64,000 nucleotides of DNA. Source: Bugula neritina (lineage: Eukaryota > Animalia > Bryozoa). A program made the position numbers and the translations under genes. This document shows, one piece after another, positions 37,777-53,638 of this stretch; position 1 is the first letter of the stretch; each line of letters starts with the position of its first letter. Where the stretch lies: assembly GCA_964035545.1 (NCBI GenBank), contig OZ037765.1:26721504-26785503 (forward strand), given 5' to 3'. Below the pieces are notes generated by a model. That model was not told where the DNA came from. It ran no database searches and saw only the letters and a list, made by a program, of their open reading frames with translations.

Positions 37777-40722
37777 GGTGTATAAACTAAACCTAGCTAA
37801 ACGACACAAAAATGAAGGAAATAAATGATGTTAAGATAAAATATGTTTGAGTTTCACTATAAAACTGACAGATATACACTTTGCAGAAAAATGCTGTAAA
37901 ATAAATCTACTCTGATCACCAAAGCAACATAATCTGTTAGCTATGTACATTCAGTTGTTCAGCTACAGTTAGCTATTGTATCTTATAAAGGAGATTTGAC
38001 AATGGTAAAGTAAAAGAGAACAAGCCTGTGGCTAAACTTTTACTACCCAATTGTTTTGTACTTTTGTTGTAAAAAAGCTAAACTTCTATAATATATAGAT
38101 ATACATCAATAGCTAAAACAGTTTAGGTGCAATATTATTTGTATAAATTAATATTAAATTTAAGTGGATTTATATTTACAGCTTTAAATCAAGCACATCA
38201 ATTCAAAGCTACGTTGACAAGCAAGTTTACTTCCTTTCTTATAAATTATGTTTATGTATTTATAACAACTAATACATTTCGGTATCATCCCACATGAACA
38301 CTTACCAGTTAGACTATAACCTAACTTTCCCACATAGACGTTTCCCACATGGGCGATTCCAAGTTAGGCCCTATTTATTTATATTGGTGCAATATATATT
38401 TTATGTGCTATTTGTTTCATTATTATTTAAATATATGTATACTCAAATAAAGCACGTATTGAGCACATAAATAACTTTCGTTGATTTGCATTAACATATT
38501 AATTTTACATATTTTTGCTTCTTGTTTGAACAGATATTTTGTTAATGAGTATTCATTAATTAAAGATAATGTTTATTGTTTATCTATAATGTTTTTTGTC
38601 CCACACAAATCTGTGAAAATTAGAGTGTTATTATAGCTATTAGCATTTTAGCTATTTAGCAATAAATGCGACAGTTATATAGGTACACATATATAAGTAT
38701 ATTACTGTATAATTATACATCATCGAAATAAAAAATAGGGTCTAACTGGGAATCGTTCATGTGGGAAACTTAGCCTAACTGGGAAGCGTCTATTTGAGAT
38801 GAAACCACCATTTCCACTTCTTTGATGCTAGCATTTTTTGAACCTGCAATAAGGAACAAAGTTTAGGTTTACATCTACAAGTTGAGAATTCAAAAACACT
38901 TGAACTGTTCATATACTTGCATTTATAAAATTTCCCCCCTTCACTGAGATTTGAACTCTAGATTTACAGCTTGCAAACATGCAAGCACAATGACCATTAC
39001 ACCACATGGACAACAAGATTCCCCACAACTAACAGTGATCTTTGACTAGGTCTACCCTGATAAATTATTTAAATAATATAATAATGGCATTGCATATTGA
39101 TTTACTTTGAAACATTTAGTCAGAAAATAAGTTATTGTTGTATGCTGCAGGCTGCAGGCTTGGTTGATATGCTGTATGCTATATATTCCTTTTACTTTGA
39201 AACTGCAACTTGACTTTTAGAAGAGTTTTTTAAATGCTGACAGACACATTTTAGCATAGAATTATGCACCCTATATTTGCACTATAACTATTTTTCTTTT
39301 TCTTATAGCAAAAAATCAAAAAAATATAATGCTGTGGTGAATTGTATTAGTCTAAGTACATGCATGTTGATTATAGATGCGCATTGATTACACACAGACC
39401 TGGTAGATGGGCTAAACTTAGCTTGGAAGTACAGGAAGTAAAAGCACCCAATAAAATACGTAATAGACAAGATAAGATTTTTACTATAAAATAGTGTTAG
39501 AAGGTGACGTTACATAACAAATAATTGAGTGAAATATAATTCAATAACCCAACAATATAACAATTTGTTAGCTGAATTTTCCTTGTATAGCCGCCATGAC
39601 TCATGACTGCTATATTTCTAAAGTTGCTTAAAAAGTAGGATAATAACTAAAATACAGACTTTTATCTACACTATAATAGTAATTACTGGTTTAAATCGCT
39701 GTAACTTGAAAAAGAAGTTATTAAAAAAACGGCCCTGTAAAACATTATATATTGTTATGGCTGCATGGATATCACTGTTTAATCTTTCCATCATGTTTGC
39801 GCTAATTTAGTGCTATAGCATAGATAAAGTGTATTTAGGTAATATTTAAAAATAGTTGAGAGAAAAAAATTATGCTTTGAATAGTTACTATATTTTAGGA
39901 AAACATGCAGTTGAAGCAGTGAAATAACATTTGTTTTGATATATATATGTGTTATAGCACTTGTTGTGCTATATATAAACAGGTGCACTTATGACAGATA
40001 ACGAAAGTTAAAGTTAAATTTAAAGCCAGCTGAATGATTATTGTTGAAATTTTTGATATGTTTGTTTAAAAATTTAATAAATGTTGTGCTGCAGTAATAG
40101 TTATAGAAATAAAGTGATTATACAGAACAATACTCTTTTCAGTATGATGCTTATTTATTGCAATATGTTGTTAAAATAGAATATTATTGAATAGAAAATA
40201 TAATTAACTAGAGCAATATAACTTTAATTTCATGACACAAGTATTTAACCTATGAATAATATGACATTTATAAAATAATACTATAGAGTTAGTTACTAAA
40301 TGTTGGCAAAATACTGTTTTAAATGGTAAAAGTAGCAATTGATTATAAATCACTTTTCGTAAAATTTGGTTTGTGATGGCACTAAATATTTTGTATAATA
40401 GTATAAAAACAGCTAGATAGTCAACTACAAATAGATATATATAATGTTAAATTATTCAGGGTACCAGAATTAGGCAACTTTTAAATTTGTGTTTTGTTTA
40501 AGATGCAAATATATTTAAATCCCTATATTGGAGTGAATTTATCCTTCATAAAAAAACTTTCAGTGACTTTAGTTCCAGGTGAAATTAAAACATATGTAAG
40601 AACTAGCAATATTAATTGTAGAAGTATGCCATTACAGCCTCAAAGACAGCAAACAAAATAATTCCTTCTGCGTCTGTGCCGAAATCTGCTTGTAAATATC
40701 TGCTTTAAACATCATCAGCAAT

Positions 40723-43700
40723 TCAAGTTTCTTGGTTGTGTTTTTTCATGTGAGAAACAAGGTTTCCTTTTTGAGAAGCCTTGTAGTCACATAGTTTACA
40801 GTGGAATGGTTTCTCTGCAGTGTGTGTCGTCATGTGTCTATTAAGAACACCTTTTCGTTTTGCCTTATAGTCACATACACTACAATTATATGGTTTCTCT
40901 CCTGTGTGTGTCCTCATGTGTCTGTTAAGATCACTTTTTCGTTTTGCCTTATAGTCACATACACTACAATTATATGGTTTCTCTCCTGTGTGTGTTCTCA
41001 TATGAATCCTGAGAGTACTTTGCTGTGCTGACTTGTAGTCACATTGGTCACATTGAAATGGTTTTTCTCCAGTATGAATTCTCATGTGTTTGGTTAAATA
41101 ATCTTGATGAGAAAAAGCATAACCACAGACTTTACACTCAAATGGTTTCTCTCCAGAGTGTATCCTCATGTGCAAAACAAGATAATTTTTGTACCCAGTT
41201 TTGAAGTCACATACACTGCACTCATATGGTTTCTCTCCAGTGTGTTTTCTCATGTGCTCAGCAACATTACTTTTCTGTGCTGACTTGTAGTCGCATTGAT
41301 CACATTGAAAAGGTTTTTCTCCAGTATGAGTTCTCATGTGCAGAATAAGACAACTTTTGTATCCAGTTTTATAGTCACATACATTGCACTCGTATGGTTT
41401 TTCTCCAGCGTGTTTCTTCATATGCCGAGTCAGATCAGCTTTATGTACTGACTTGTAGTCACAATGATCACATTGGAATGGTTTCTCTTCAGTATGGATT
41501 CTCATGTGTGAGGTGAGACTCTTTTTCCAAATGAAAGCCTGACTGCAAACTTTGCAAACAAAAGGTCTCTCTCTTGTGTGTCTTCTCATATGCTGGGTAA
41601 GAGTACTTTTATGTTCAGTTAAGTAGTTACATAAATAGCATTGAAACCTTTTCTTCTCTGTGTGCAATTTTCTATGTTTAGCAAGTCTAACCTGTCTTGT
41701 AGATTTATCTTTACAAGTACTAGTATGTAAAAGTTTTTTCTGGTTGCAGTTTGCTTTTGCTGGGATCACTAGATCTTCTTTCTGATCAAACACATCTCCA
41801 GGTATGTTAGTAGTTACAGGCATATTTTCAATAATAGGATTTTCTGTAATTATGTCTGAGTTGTATTCATGTGCTCCTTTACACAATGCAGCAATATTAT
41901 CAAATGTGTTTCCATTATCAAATTCTGGGTGAATCCTTTCTGTAAAATATAAAACAATTAAACACCTAAAGTTTTGACTAATCAGTTTTAGGTTCTACTC
42001 TAGGTTATTCATTTTTGTCATGCAAACTTATTCTCTCAGTTGAAAACGACGACACATGTATCCTAATCTATTGCTCCTGTGCATCTGTTAATGAAACAAA
42101 AAAATCATATTTCAGGATATTTTGCTCAATCAGAAGTTGTTAATTCTATAGCTGAATGATATTTTATGTTCTCACCAAAAACCAACTTGAAACGCAAATA
42201 ATTGCAAGTACAGTTTTGTAATATTATCAACTATTTCTTCGAATGATAGGAAAATAAGTTGATTAAAATATAAATTAGCAAGTAAACTTCCCTCAATTTA
42301 GTCAATTGCTTGCTCAACCTCATTGAACTTCAATTTGAAAAGAATACAAACGGCTAAAAAAAATGCTCATTATGATACACCTATAATATTATAGTTTTGA
42401 AAGAATTTGTTGTACATCTTCTTAGATATACTCGCCAGTTGAATCAGTATATCTAAGAATATGTAGCAACCACAAATGTCAGCCATTTTTAGAAATGTCT
42501 GATCTTTCTGTACGGCATTGCTTTACGCCAGGATCAAGCACTGCTTGATTAGAAAAAGATGAGATGGACACCTATTAGACAGGAAGACAATAGTATAGTA
42601 TCAATTCATTTGATATAAATGTCCAATGGAATTTTATATTTATGTTTTCAATTTTATATTACGTCACACTTTTGGTTGCATACCAGTAGCCTCAAATGTC
42701 AGCCATTTTTAGAACGTCCCCCCCCCCTAAAGTTCTCCGAATGCGCTATTGCATGGGTAAGAGTGTTGACACTTCATTAGACATTTATATCCAATGAGTT
42801 GACACCAACGTTTCCCTGTGCAATAGGAGTCAGAGCAAACTTGTTTAATAAAGCAGTGCTTTATCCTGGAATACCGTGATGTAGTACTAACATTTGATGA
42901 TGCCTCGTCTGGGAGGTAAGAGTAATTCCACAATACAAAGCTAAAATACCTTGTAAAATGTTAGCCTCAACTGAGATTCAAACCTGAGACCTGCTGCTTG
43001 CAAGTGAGTACAGTAACCATTACACCACAGTGACTTCGGGTATTCTAAACAACAACATACTTTTAGATATACTCACCAGTTGAATTGAAGTCTGTTGTAA
43101 CATTCAGTCCTAAAACTGTAAAAGCTTCAGAGATAACTTCAGACAGAGGAACATCAGGTTCTTTTGGTATATAGTTGTCATATACTGAAGTTTCTGTGTT
43201 AACAGAGTTATGAATGTTTGGATGATCATTAGGGAGAAATGAAGTGACTGAATTTACAGGATATATATTTTGATTTGGAATACAATTCTCAAAGAAACCA
43301 TTCTCTAAGTATGAGTCTGAGACTGTAGTTGGCATGTCAAGAAGAGGTTGAGTGTCTGATACTACTGGATGATGTTTATACTGTGACACAAAGTTGCTGT
43401 TGATAAAAGTAGGCTCCAGTTCAATACTACTTTGATCTCTAAAATATGGTTCCTGTCTGTGTGGGTTAGGCATTTGAAAAGTCTCCTGTGTTACCTTAAC
43501 TGCAAAGAGATATAAAAACAATGCAAATTGACATCTACATTCCAAATATTGTTTTTAATTGTCTTGTCTTTTCCAAGTCTCATATTGACAGTTGAAGAAG
43601 CATTATAATAAAAAGTACTATAAACTCACATTGGCATTTAAAGATATGTTTTTAAAATTTTGGTTTTTTAATAACAATTAATTACATATATACAGAGAAT

Positions 43701-43749
43701 GTTCTTGTTTTTACACGTTTCTATACTTACATTGATCACCCACAGACAT
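40723..43749 (-). CDS. C2H2 zinc-finger gene, unit 6 (11 fingers). Exons 43749-43731, 43499-43077, 41939-40723
   Basis: Intact frame. The internal ATG of exon 2 is mutated to AAG, which supports initiation in the 19-nt exon. Confidence 0.88.
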
Positions 43750-44151
43750 GGTGTATAAACTAAACCTAGCTAAACCACTCAAAAAGGAAGAAAATAAATG
43801 AAATTAAAATAAAAGAGGTTTGAGTTTCACTATAAAACTGTTAGATATACACTTTGCAGAAAAATGCTCTCAAATAAATCTACTCTGATCACCAAAGCAA
43901 CATAATCTGTTAGCTATACATTCAGTTGTTCAGCTACAATTAGCTATTGTATCTTATAAAGGAGATTTGACAATTAAAAGAGAACAGGCCTGTTGCTAAA
44001 CCAATTATTTTCATAAAAACTTTAAAACAAAAACAGCCACTTCAACAAAAATTCACCTGAATTCAGTAAGCATAGTTCTGTTGGAGAACAAAAGTATATT
44101 TATAAATGATGTTGAAATATCAGTATGCACTCAATCTGCACATATAAATAT

Positions 44152-44155
<4 letters not shown>

Positions 44156-44225
<70 letters not shown>
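44156..44225. repeat. (TA)n microsatellite between divergent units 6 and 7
   Basis: Directly visible. Confidence 0.97.
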
Positions 44226-44228
<3 letters not shown>

Positions 44229-45065
44229 CTGCAATTACAATACACAAGTTATTTCTCCCTCATAAGTTCAATACTATTTGGTTGAGATGGCATGGTAACT
44301 GAACTAAGAGTATCAATTTGATTCTAAACAACGTGTCACCAGTTTCACCTAGAAGTGTTACATTATATACAGCAGCTTTATTTAAAAAAGAATTATATTG
44401 TAATACCAAATAACCTTTTCATCTTCATTCAGCTGATGTAATCTAATATGTAAGGTATATTGCATTATATAATATCAAGCTGAGGAATTGAACAGCCATT
44501 TTAACATTAACAGCACAAGGAAGGAAAAATAGCAATAATATAACATACTATTGAACACCATAAGCTATTTCAATACTTCATGAATAGGACAGAGATCAAA
44601 TTGGCTTTAAATAGCTTGCCAAAAATGAACTCACACATACAGAACAACTATGAGAAAGTTCAAAAGCTTTTAGATTTTCAACTTTTAGGTGTAAATATAA
44701 ATGCTATTTTTGGGCACAGGGCTAAACAATAAGCTATAACATCAAAGAAGTGGAAATGATGGGCAATAATGTAGGTCAAAATAAAATAGAAAAAGATAAT
44801 GCATGTTTCACACATAAAAATACAGAGAACTTCTTAGGTAACCCATGCAATAGCTAACTGTAGCTGAGCAACTGCATGAATGCATAGCTAACAGATTATA
44901 GTGCTTTAGAGTTTAGTGATTCGATTAGATTTCCCTAATTTAGAGCTTTTTTTGCAAAACTTATATCTGACAGTTTTATAGTGAAACTCAAACGTCTTAT
45001 ATTTTTAACTTTATTTATTTCCTTGCCTTCCCGTCTGTTCTATAGCTAGGTTTAGTTTATCAATC

Positions 45066-47627
45066 ATGTCTGTGGATAATCAATGTAAGTATAATAATGA
45101 CTAAAAATACTAAAGTTCTTTATATGTGAACATTTGTCATGAAAAATCAAAATTTAAAAAAAACTGGCATGTGAGTTATTTTATTATTTTTATCTTTTGA
45201 TATTCAAAGTGAAAACGGAAAGACAATTGAAAATAATATTTTTCATGTAAATTTCAGTTTGTAATATTTTTATATCTTTTTTCAGATATGGTAACACAAT
45301 GGACTTTTCAAATACCTAATCAACACAGACAGGAACCATATTTTAGGGATCAATGCAATATTGAACTGGAGCCTACTTTTATCAATAGAAACTTTGAGTC
45401 ACAGTATAAACATCATCCAGTAGTATCAGACACTCAACCTCTTCTTGACATGTCAACTACAGTCTCAGACTCATACTTAGAGAATGGCTTCTTTGGACAT
45501 TGTATTCAAAGTCAAAATATGAATCCTGTAAATTCAGTCACTTCATTTCCCACTGATGATCATATAACAAACAATCATAACTCTGTTAACACAGAATCTT
45601 CAGTATATGACAATTATCTACCAAAAGAACCTGATGTTCCTCTGTCTAAAGTTATCTCTGAAGCTTTCACAGTTTTAGGACTGAATGTTACAACAGATTT
45701 TAATTCAACTGGTGAGAATATCAAAGAATATGCTGCTGTTAAGAATCCCGAAGCCCCCCTCCCCCCCCTCAATGCTTAATAGTGGTTGAAAACACCAGAT
45801 CTCGAATTTAAATCTCAGGGAGGTCAAAATTTTTACAAGCTGTTTTAAATTTGTATTGTGGAAGTACTCTTACCCTCCAGACGCACTTTACCATAACGTA
45901 GGTCGCAATGTAAAATATCAGCCATTTTTAATATCTCCGGACTTGAGTTCTCAAAGTGTGCTATTGGGGACAATCTATGACGCCTCATTGGACACTTACA
46001 TTTAGTGAATTGATACTATTGAATGTCTTTAAAACAAGCAGTGCACAATATCTTAACGTATGGCTACAGGAAACTCAGACATTTGTAAAACTAGCTGATA
46101 ACTTTTGCTATGGCCCGTGGTGCGGCAAGGTTCTTCTAGGCCTTAGGGGGGTTAGACACACTTTGCCGTAGCGTTTGTGGTAACTGTAAATGGCAGCTAG
46201 TTTCAAAAATGTTTGGGCTAATTGAGCCATTGGATCTAAATTTTCAATGAGGTGTCATAAATATTACCAATTAGCAAACGTTGAAAACTGCAGTCTGGAA
46301 AATTTAAAATTACTGACATTTGACGTTACAATTTGACGTAACCTCTTATTCACACCTATAATTGGTTTAGAATAAAACATATGTAGGCTACAAGAAGTTG
46401 AAGGAAAAAGATTTCTACATATGCACAACAAATTCTTTTTTTTCAAAACTATAATTAACACATTTTTCAGATGTTTTGCAGTCTTTTTAAATGAAAATTT
46501 AATGAGATTGAGAAAACTTTAATTGCTAATTTATGTTTCAATAAATTGATTTTAATAATTGTCATTTAAAAAATAGCTAATAATATTACTTACATATTTT
46601 ATACACTTGAAATTATTTAAGTTTCAAATTAACTTTGGTGACAATACAGAATATCATCCTGTATAGAACTAACAACTTCTGATTAAATAAATTGAGCAGA
46701 ATATTCTGACATATATTTTTTAGCTCTATTAACCGATGTATTAGAATACATGTGTTGTCGTTTTCAGCTGAGAGAACAAGATTAGATAAGCAGAATGAAT
46801 AAACTATAAAGTAGAAACTAAAAACTGATTCATAAACTTTAGGTTCTATAATTATTTTATATTTTACAGAGAGAATTCAAACAGAGTTTGATAACGGAAA
46901 CACATTTGATAATCCAGTGACTGCATTGTGTAAAGGAGCACATGAATACAACTCAGATATAACTACAGAAAATCATACTATTGAAAATATGCCTGTAGCT
47001 ACTAACATACTTGGAGATGTGTTTGACCAGAAAGAAAATCCAGTGATTCCAGCAAAAGTGGACTGCAACCAGAAGAAACTTGTACATACTACTTGTTATA
47101 AAGGTGAATCTACAAGACGGGTTAGACTTGCTAAACATATAAGAAAACTGCATACTGAGAAGAAAAAATTTCAATGCCCTCTATGTAATTACAAAACTGA
47201 ACATAAACGTAATCTTACCCAGCATTTAAGAATACACACAAAAGAGAGGCCTTTTGTTTGCAAAATTTGTGGTCGCGCTTTTACTCAAAGAAGTCATGTT
47301 ACCGTACACATGAGGAAACACACTGGAGAAAAGCCATTTATTTGTGAAGTTTGTGGTCATACTTTTAATCAAAAAATTCATCTCACCGGACACATGAGAA
47401 TTCATACTGGAGAAAAACCTTTTCAATGTGACCAATGTGACTACAAGTCAGCACAGCAAGGTAATTTTACTAAGCATATGAGGAAACACAATGGAGAAAG
47501 ACCATATGAGTGCAGTGTATGTGACTATAAGGCAAAACAAAAAGTGAATCTTAACAGACACATCATGAGGAAACACTCTAGAGAGAAACCATCCAATGTA
47601 AACTATGTGACTATAAGGCTGCTCTAA
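45066..47627 (+). CDS. C2H2 zinc-finger gene, unit 7, inverted and most divergent (5 fingers; the sixth is lost to a 1-nt deletion near 47592; ancestral stop at 47672-47674). Exons 45066-45084, 45286-45711, 46870-47627
   Basis: MSVDNQY-MVTQW... in frame across GT-AG junctions. CCATCCAATGT here versus CCATTCCAATGT in paralogues; the shifted frame still encodes CKLCDYKAALKGKLVIHMKKHNQET. Confidence 0.82.
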
Positions 47628-50600
47628 AAGGAAAACTTGTTATTCATATGAAAAAACACAACCAAGAAACCTGAATTGCTGATGATGTACATTTACAGAA
47701 GGATGCTTTTTTATAGAAGATTTCACAACAGACACAGCAGAAATTATTTTCCTTGCTGTCTTTAGGGCTAGAATGACACACTCTCCACACTTCATTATTT
47801 TAAATTCATATAATCTTCATCAGTTTCTCAACTTTACATGGGCTTTAATTTTACTTGTAGAGTTAACGCTTAAAAAATTAGGAAGCATGAATTCACTTCA
47901 ACATAGGAATTATAATATTTACATCTATGAAACACATTAAACCAATTTAGAAAGTACATAGTTCTGGTAACCTAATTGATCTGCCACTATAATATATAAA
48001 TCTATTTTCATTTGACTACATGCTATAATTTAGTATTATTCAAAATATTCAGTGTCATAACAAACCAGACTTTACAAAAGTTAAGGGATTTAACTCTTGT
48101 TACTTTTGCCAAATCAAAACAACTTTTTACCAACATTAGCCTAATTAGTAATTATTTCAGTAATGCTTTTTTTCTATTTTATAAATATTTTATTATTCAT
48201 AGGTTAGATACATGTGTCACAAAATGAAAGTCATATTTGCATTAGTTAATTACATTTTCATTAGCTCAGGACCACGGCAGTGAAAGGTGACCAATTATGT
48301 TTTCATTCGATGATATTATATTTTATTAAAATATTGAAATAAACAAGCATTATATTGAAAAAAATATCTTCATTGTTTTTTTTATTCTCATTTCCTATCT
48401 ATAATAGCTTATACCAGCGTAATATTTATTAAATCCTTAACCAAACATAATATCAACAATATTAGAAATAACCATTCAGCTATATAGCACTCAATCAATA
48501 TGAACAATTACTTCTTAGAGTTGGAACACCAGAAAAATTGTACAAAACTAAATTCTACACTTTAGACTATTTATATTACTATATGCACAGTAACAAAATA
48601 CAGAAGGATTCTATTTTATACCCCAATCTATTGAAAATATGTACAATAATGGAGGGATTCTATTGACTAAATGTTGAGCTGAAGCTATGGCAAAACTTAT
48701 CCTTCAGCTTTTTGTTCTCCAAAGTATTCAAAGCGCAGGCCACTCTCTTAATTGCTCTCCTGGAACAGATTCACAACATCATAACATCAAATATAATATT
48801 CATCAGTGTTTTCAATGTCAAATTATAATAAAACGGTGTTACGCTTTGTTAAACTTCATCTTATTGCCATAATAAAAATTTAGTCGAAAATCAGTTACTT
48901 CAATATAGCAAGCTTTGCTTTACTTCTGTACTTCAAATTTACTAGTTACTTTCTCTAATAAAAACTTTGTTGGCATCTTGGTAGTAAGTTTAGTGCAACC
49001 CATGCTACCTGCACAGAACTTTAGATTCCAGGTGAGTCCTGACAGTATTGTTCACCTTATTAATATCTGTTAACCTAGATTTCTGAAGTCTGTCCCTGTC
49101 TGATAAATTATTTCAGTATATTAATTGCATTATATATTGATTTACATTGAATTTGTAGTTACAGAATAAAGTTCATTGTATGCTGCACACTTAGTTGATA
49201 TACTATACGCTTTATATTTCTTTCAATTTAAATCTATAAAACCTTCACTTTCAGGAGAATTTTAAAACCATGATAGAAATATTTCAACGTAGAATTATTC
49301 CCCATATAGTTGCACAATAAGTATAATATTTTCCTTATATATAATAACAAAAACTAACATAATTTGTGGTGAAATTTATCAGTGTAAGTATACGGGCAGG
49401 TTGGTTATAAATGTACATCATGCAATTACACGCAGACATGGTAGCTATAAGATAGGCTACAATTTATAGCTGGGAGACACAGGAAGTAAAAAGCACTCAG
49501 GGAAATACATAATAGACAGTATACTATAACAGTATTTTAGTAATAATATATATTACTAAAATACTGTTATAGAAGATTACATTACATAATGGATGAAATT
49601 TCATAATTAAATTAAATATAATTTAATAACCAAACAATATAATTGGTTAGCTCAGTTGTTCTGGTACAGCTACAATGGCTCATGACTGTTGTATTTCTAT
49701 AAAGTTGTTTAAGAAGTGGGAGAATAACTAAAAACAGACTTTTATCTAAACTATTGAATAATAATAACCGGTATTGCTTTAAATTCATCATAACTTGAAA
49801 AAGAAGTTATTGATTAAATGACCCTGTAAAATACATGAATATTACTGTTCAATATGTGCAATCTGCTATTGTTGCTTTGTTATTATCGCCTATTTTACGT
49901 CATAGATAAAGTGCATTGGGGATTATAATCTAAGTAATATTTAAAAATAGTTACAAACTAAAATAAAGCATTATTATGCTTCTGATAATTAGTTTACTTT
50001 GCCTGAATGATTGTTGCTAAAATTGTTAATAATTATGTTTGTTTAAGAATATAATAAATATTCTGCTAGCAAAGATAATGGAAAGGAAATAAGAATAGAA
50101 AAAACTCAGAGAATACTTTTCACGATATAATGTTTGTTTATTGCAATATGTTATTAAAATAGAATATTGTTGAATATAAAATGTAGTCAACTAAAGTAAT
50201 ACAACTTTAACTTCATGACACATGTATATCTATACCTATGAACACTGGTGTATTTATAAAACAGGATTATTGAAATAATTACTAAATGCTGGTAAAAAAT
50301 TGTTTAAATTTGGTAAAAGCAATAAGATTTAAATCATTTGTCATAAATTCCTGTTTGTTATATAAAACTAAATAATTTGAGTAATTGTAGATAACAGCTA
50401 GTCAACTGAAAATAGATTTATATATAATAGTAGTTTAATTAGGTTACCAGGATAATTAATCTTTTAAATTGGTTTTGTGTCTTAAATGCAAATATGAAAA
50501 TTCCTATACTGCAGCTATAGTGAATTCATGCTCCGCCATAACTTTTTATACTGTAGCTTTACGTGTATACATGCAATTAAAATGTATGTAAAATTTAAAA

Positions 50601-50760
50601 TCCAAAGAGGATTATATGAAGTTGCAATATTAAAGTGTGAATAGTATGCCATTCTATTTCCCAAAGACAGCAAACAAAATAACGTCGGCTGTGTCTGTTG
50701 TGAAATCCACTGTGAAAGAATATCTGTCTGTTAATGTACATCATCAGCAATTAAGGTTTC

Positions 50761-53638
50761 TCAGTTGTGGTTTTTCATATGAATAACAAGTTGCCCTCTC
50801 CGAGCAGCTTTGTAGTCACATAGATTACAGTGGAATGGTTTTTCTCCTGTGTGTGTCATCATGTGTTTCTTTAAATCACCTTTATGTGCCACCTTATAGT
50901 CACATGCACTGCACTCAAATAGATTCTCTCCTGTGTGTGTCCTCATATGTAAAGTTAGAGTGCTTTTATGACTGAAATACTTTTTACAAACATTGCAGTC
51001 AAATGATTTTTCTCCTGCGTGTTTTACCATGTGTTTGGTTAAATAATTTCTACGAGCAAAAGCATAACCACAGACTTTACACTCAAATGGTTTCTCTCCA
51101 GAGTGTATTCTCATGTGCTCAGTAACATTACTTTTCTGTGCTGACTTGTAGTCGCATTGATCACATTGAAAAGGTTTTTCTCCAGTATGAGTTCTCATGT
51201 GCAGAATAAGACAACTTCTGTGTTCAGTTTTATAGTCACATACCTTGCACTCGTATGGTTTTTCTCCAGTATGTTTCTTTATATGCCGGGTCAGATCAGC
51301 TTTATGTACTGACTTGTAGTCACAATGACCACACTGGAATGGTTTCTCTCTAGTATGGATTCTCATGTGTGCGGTGAGACTCTTTTTCCAAATGAAAGCC
51401 TGACTGCAAACTTTGCAAACAAAAGGTCTCTCTCTTGCGTGTCTTCTCATATGCTGGGTAAGAGTACTTTTATGTTCAGTTAAGTAGTTACATAGGTAGC
51501 ATTGAAATTTTTTCTTCTCTGTGTGCAATTTTCTATGTTTAGCAAGTCTAGCCTGTCTTGTAGATTCACCTTTAAAAGTAGTATGTACAAGTTTCTCCTT
51601 AGTGCAGTTTGCTTTTGCTGGAATCACCAGATCTTCTTTCTGGTCAAACACATCTCCAGGTATGTTAGTAGCTACAGGCACATTTTCAATAGTAGGATTT
51701 TCTGTAATTATGTCTGAGTTGTATTCATGTGCTCCTTTACACAATGAAGTCACTAGAATATCCAAAGTGCTTCTGTTATCAAACTCCGTTTGAATTCTCT
51801 CTGTAAAACATCAAATATCATTAAATAAGTTAAAATTTGCTAATCAGTTTTTAGTTTCTACTATGATTTATTTTTGTCATTTTGTCTTCAAGTTGAAAAA
51901 GATAACGTTTGTATCTTAATCCATTGTCCTGTGCATCTGTTACAAAGGCAAAAAAATATAAATCAAGAGATTTTGCTCAATTTATTTAGTAAAAAGTTGT
52001 TAATTGTAAAAAATATTCATATTCTCACCAAAACCAACTTTAAACCCAAATAATTGCTAGTGTAGTACTGTTATGTAATGTTATCAACTATTTTTTCAAA
52101 ATAGGATATAGGTATTAAAATAATTTGATTAAAACATAAATTAGTAAGTAAGCTCCTCTCAATTTAGTCAACTGCTTGCTCAACCTCATTGAACTCCAAT
52201 TTAAAAAGAATACAAAACGTTTAAAAACATGCTCATTATAATACACCTATATAATAGTCTATAGTTGTACATATTCTGAGGTATACTTACTCACCACTTC
52301 AGTGAATATCTAAGAATATGTTATAGCAACAGCAAATGTCAGCCATTTTTAGAAATGTGCGATCTTTTTGTACGGCATTGCTTCACGCCAGGATCAAGCA
52401 CTGCTTGATTAGAAAAAGATGAGACGGAAACTTATTAGACAGGAAGATAATATAGTATCAATTCATTTGATATAGCCTAAATGTCCAATGAGGTGCCATA
52501 AATCATATCCAATATCACACTTTGAGAATTTTAGCCCCGAAACATTAAAACGGCTGAAATTTTATATTACGGAACACCTTTTGTTGCATACCTGTAACCT
52601 CAAATGTCAGCTATTTTTAAAACGCTAATGCATGGGTAAGAGTGTTGACACCTTATTAGACATTTATATCCAATGAGTTGACACCAACGATTCCCTGTGC
52701 AATAGGAGTCAGAGCAAACTTTTTAATAAAGCATTGCTTTATCCTGGAATACCGTGATGTAGTACTGACATTTGATGGTACCTCGTCTGGGGGGTATGAG
52801 TAATTCCACAATACAAAGCTAAAATAGCTTGTAAAATGTTAGCCTCAACTGAGATTCAAACCTGAGACCTGCTGCTTGCAAGTGGGTACGCTAACCATTA
52901 CACCACAGTGACTTCGAGGATTCCAAACAACAACATATTTTTAGATATACTCACCAGTTGAATTGAAATCTGTTGTAACATTCAGTCCTAAAACTGTAAA
53001 AGCCTCAGAGATAACTTCAGACAGAGGAACATCAGGTTCTTTTAGTATATAGTTGTTATATACTGAAGTTTCTGTGTTAACATAGTTATGAATGTTTGTA
53101 TGATCATCAGTGAGAAATGAAGTGAATGAGTTTACAGAATATATATTTTGATTTGTAATATAATTCTCAAAGAAACCATTCTCTAAGTATGAGTCTGAGA
53201 CTGTAGTTGACATGTCAAGAAGAGGTTGAGTGTCTGATACTACTGGAAGATGTTTATACTGTGACACAAAGTTTCTATTGATAAAAGTAGGCTCCAGTTC
53301 AATACTACATTGATCTCTAAAATATGATTCCTGTCTGTGTTGATTAAGCATTTGAAAAGTCCCTTGTGTTACCATACCTGAAAAAAGAAATAAAAACAAG
53401 AAAAATTGACAACTACATTACAAATGTTGTTTTTAATTGTCTTGCCTTTTCCAAGTTGGATACTGACAGATAAATAAACATTATAAGAAAAAATATTACA
53501 AACTTACATTGGCATTTAAAAACTTCATTTTAAAATTTTTGCTTTTTAGTTCATGACAAGTTATAGTATTCACATAGAAAGAACTTTTTTATTTTCACAT
53601 ATATAGTTACTATACTTACATTGATCACCCACAGACAT
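50761..53638 (-). CDS. C2H2 zinc-finger gene, unit 8 (9 fingers). Exons 53638-53620, 53377-52955, 51800-50761
   Basis: Intact three-exon frame. Confidence 0.88.

Noticed and set aside
42727-42933. Short ORFs inside the intronic element and spacers (27477, 42727, 45956, 25232, 39791)
   Set aside because: They are not open across paralogues and show no transposase or recombinase motifs.
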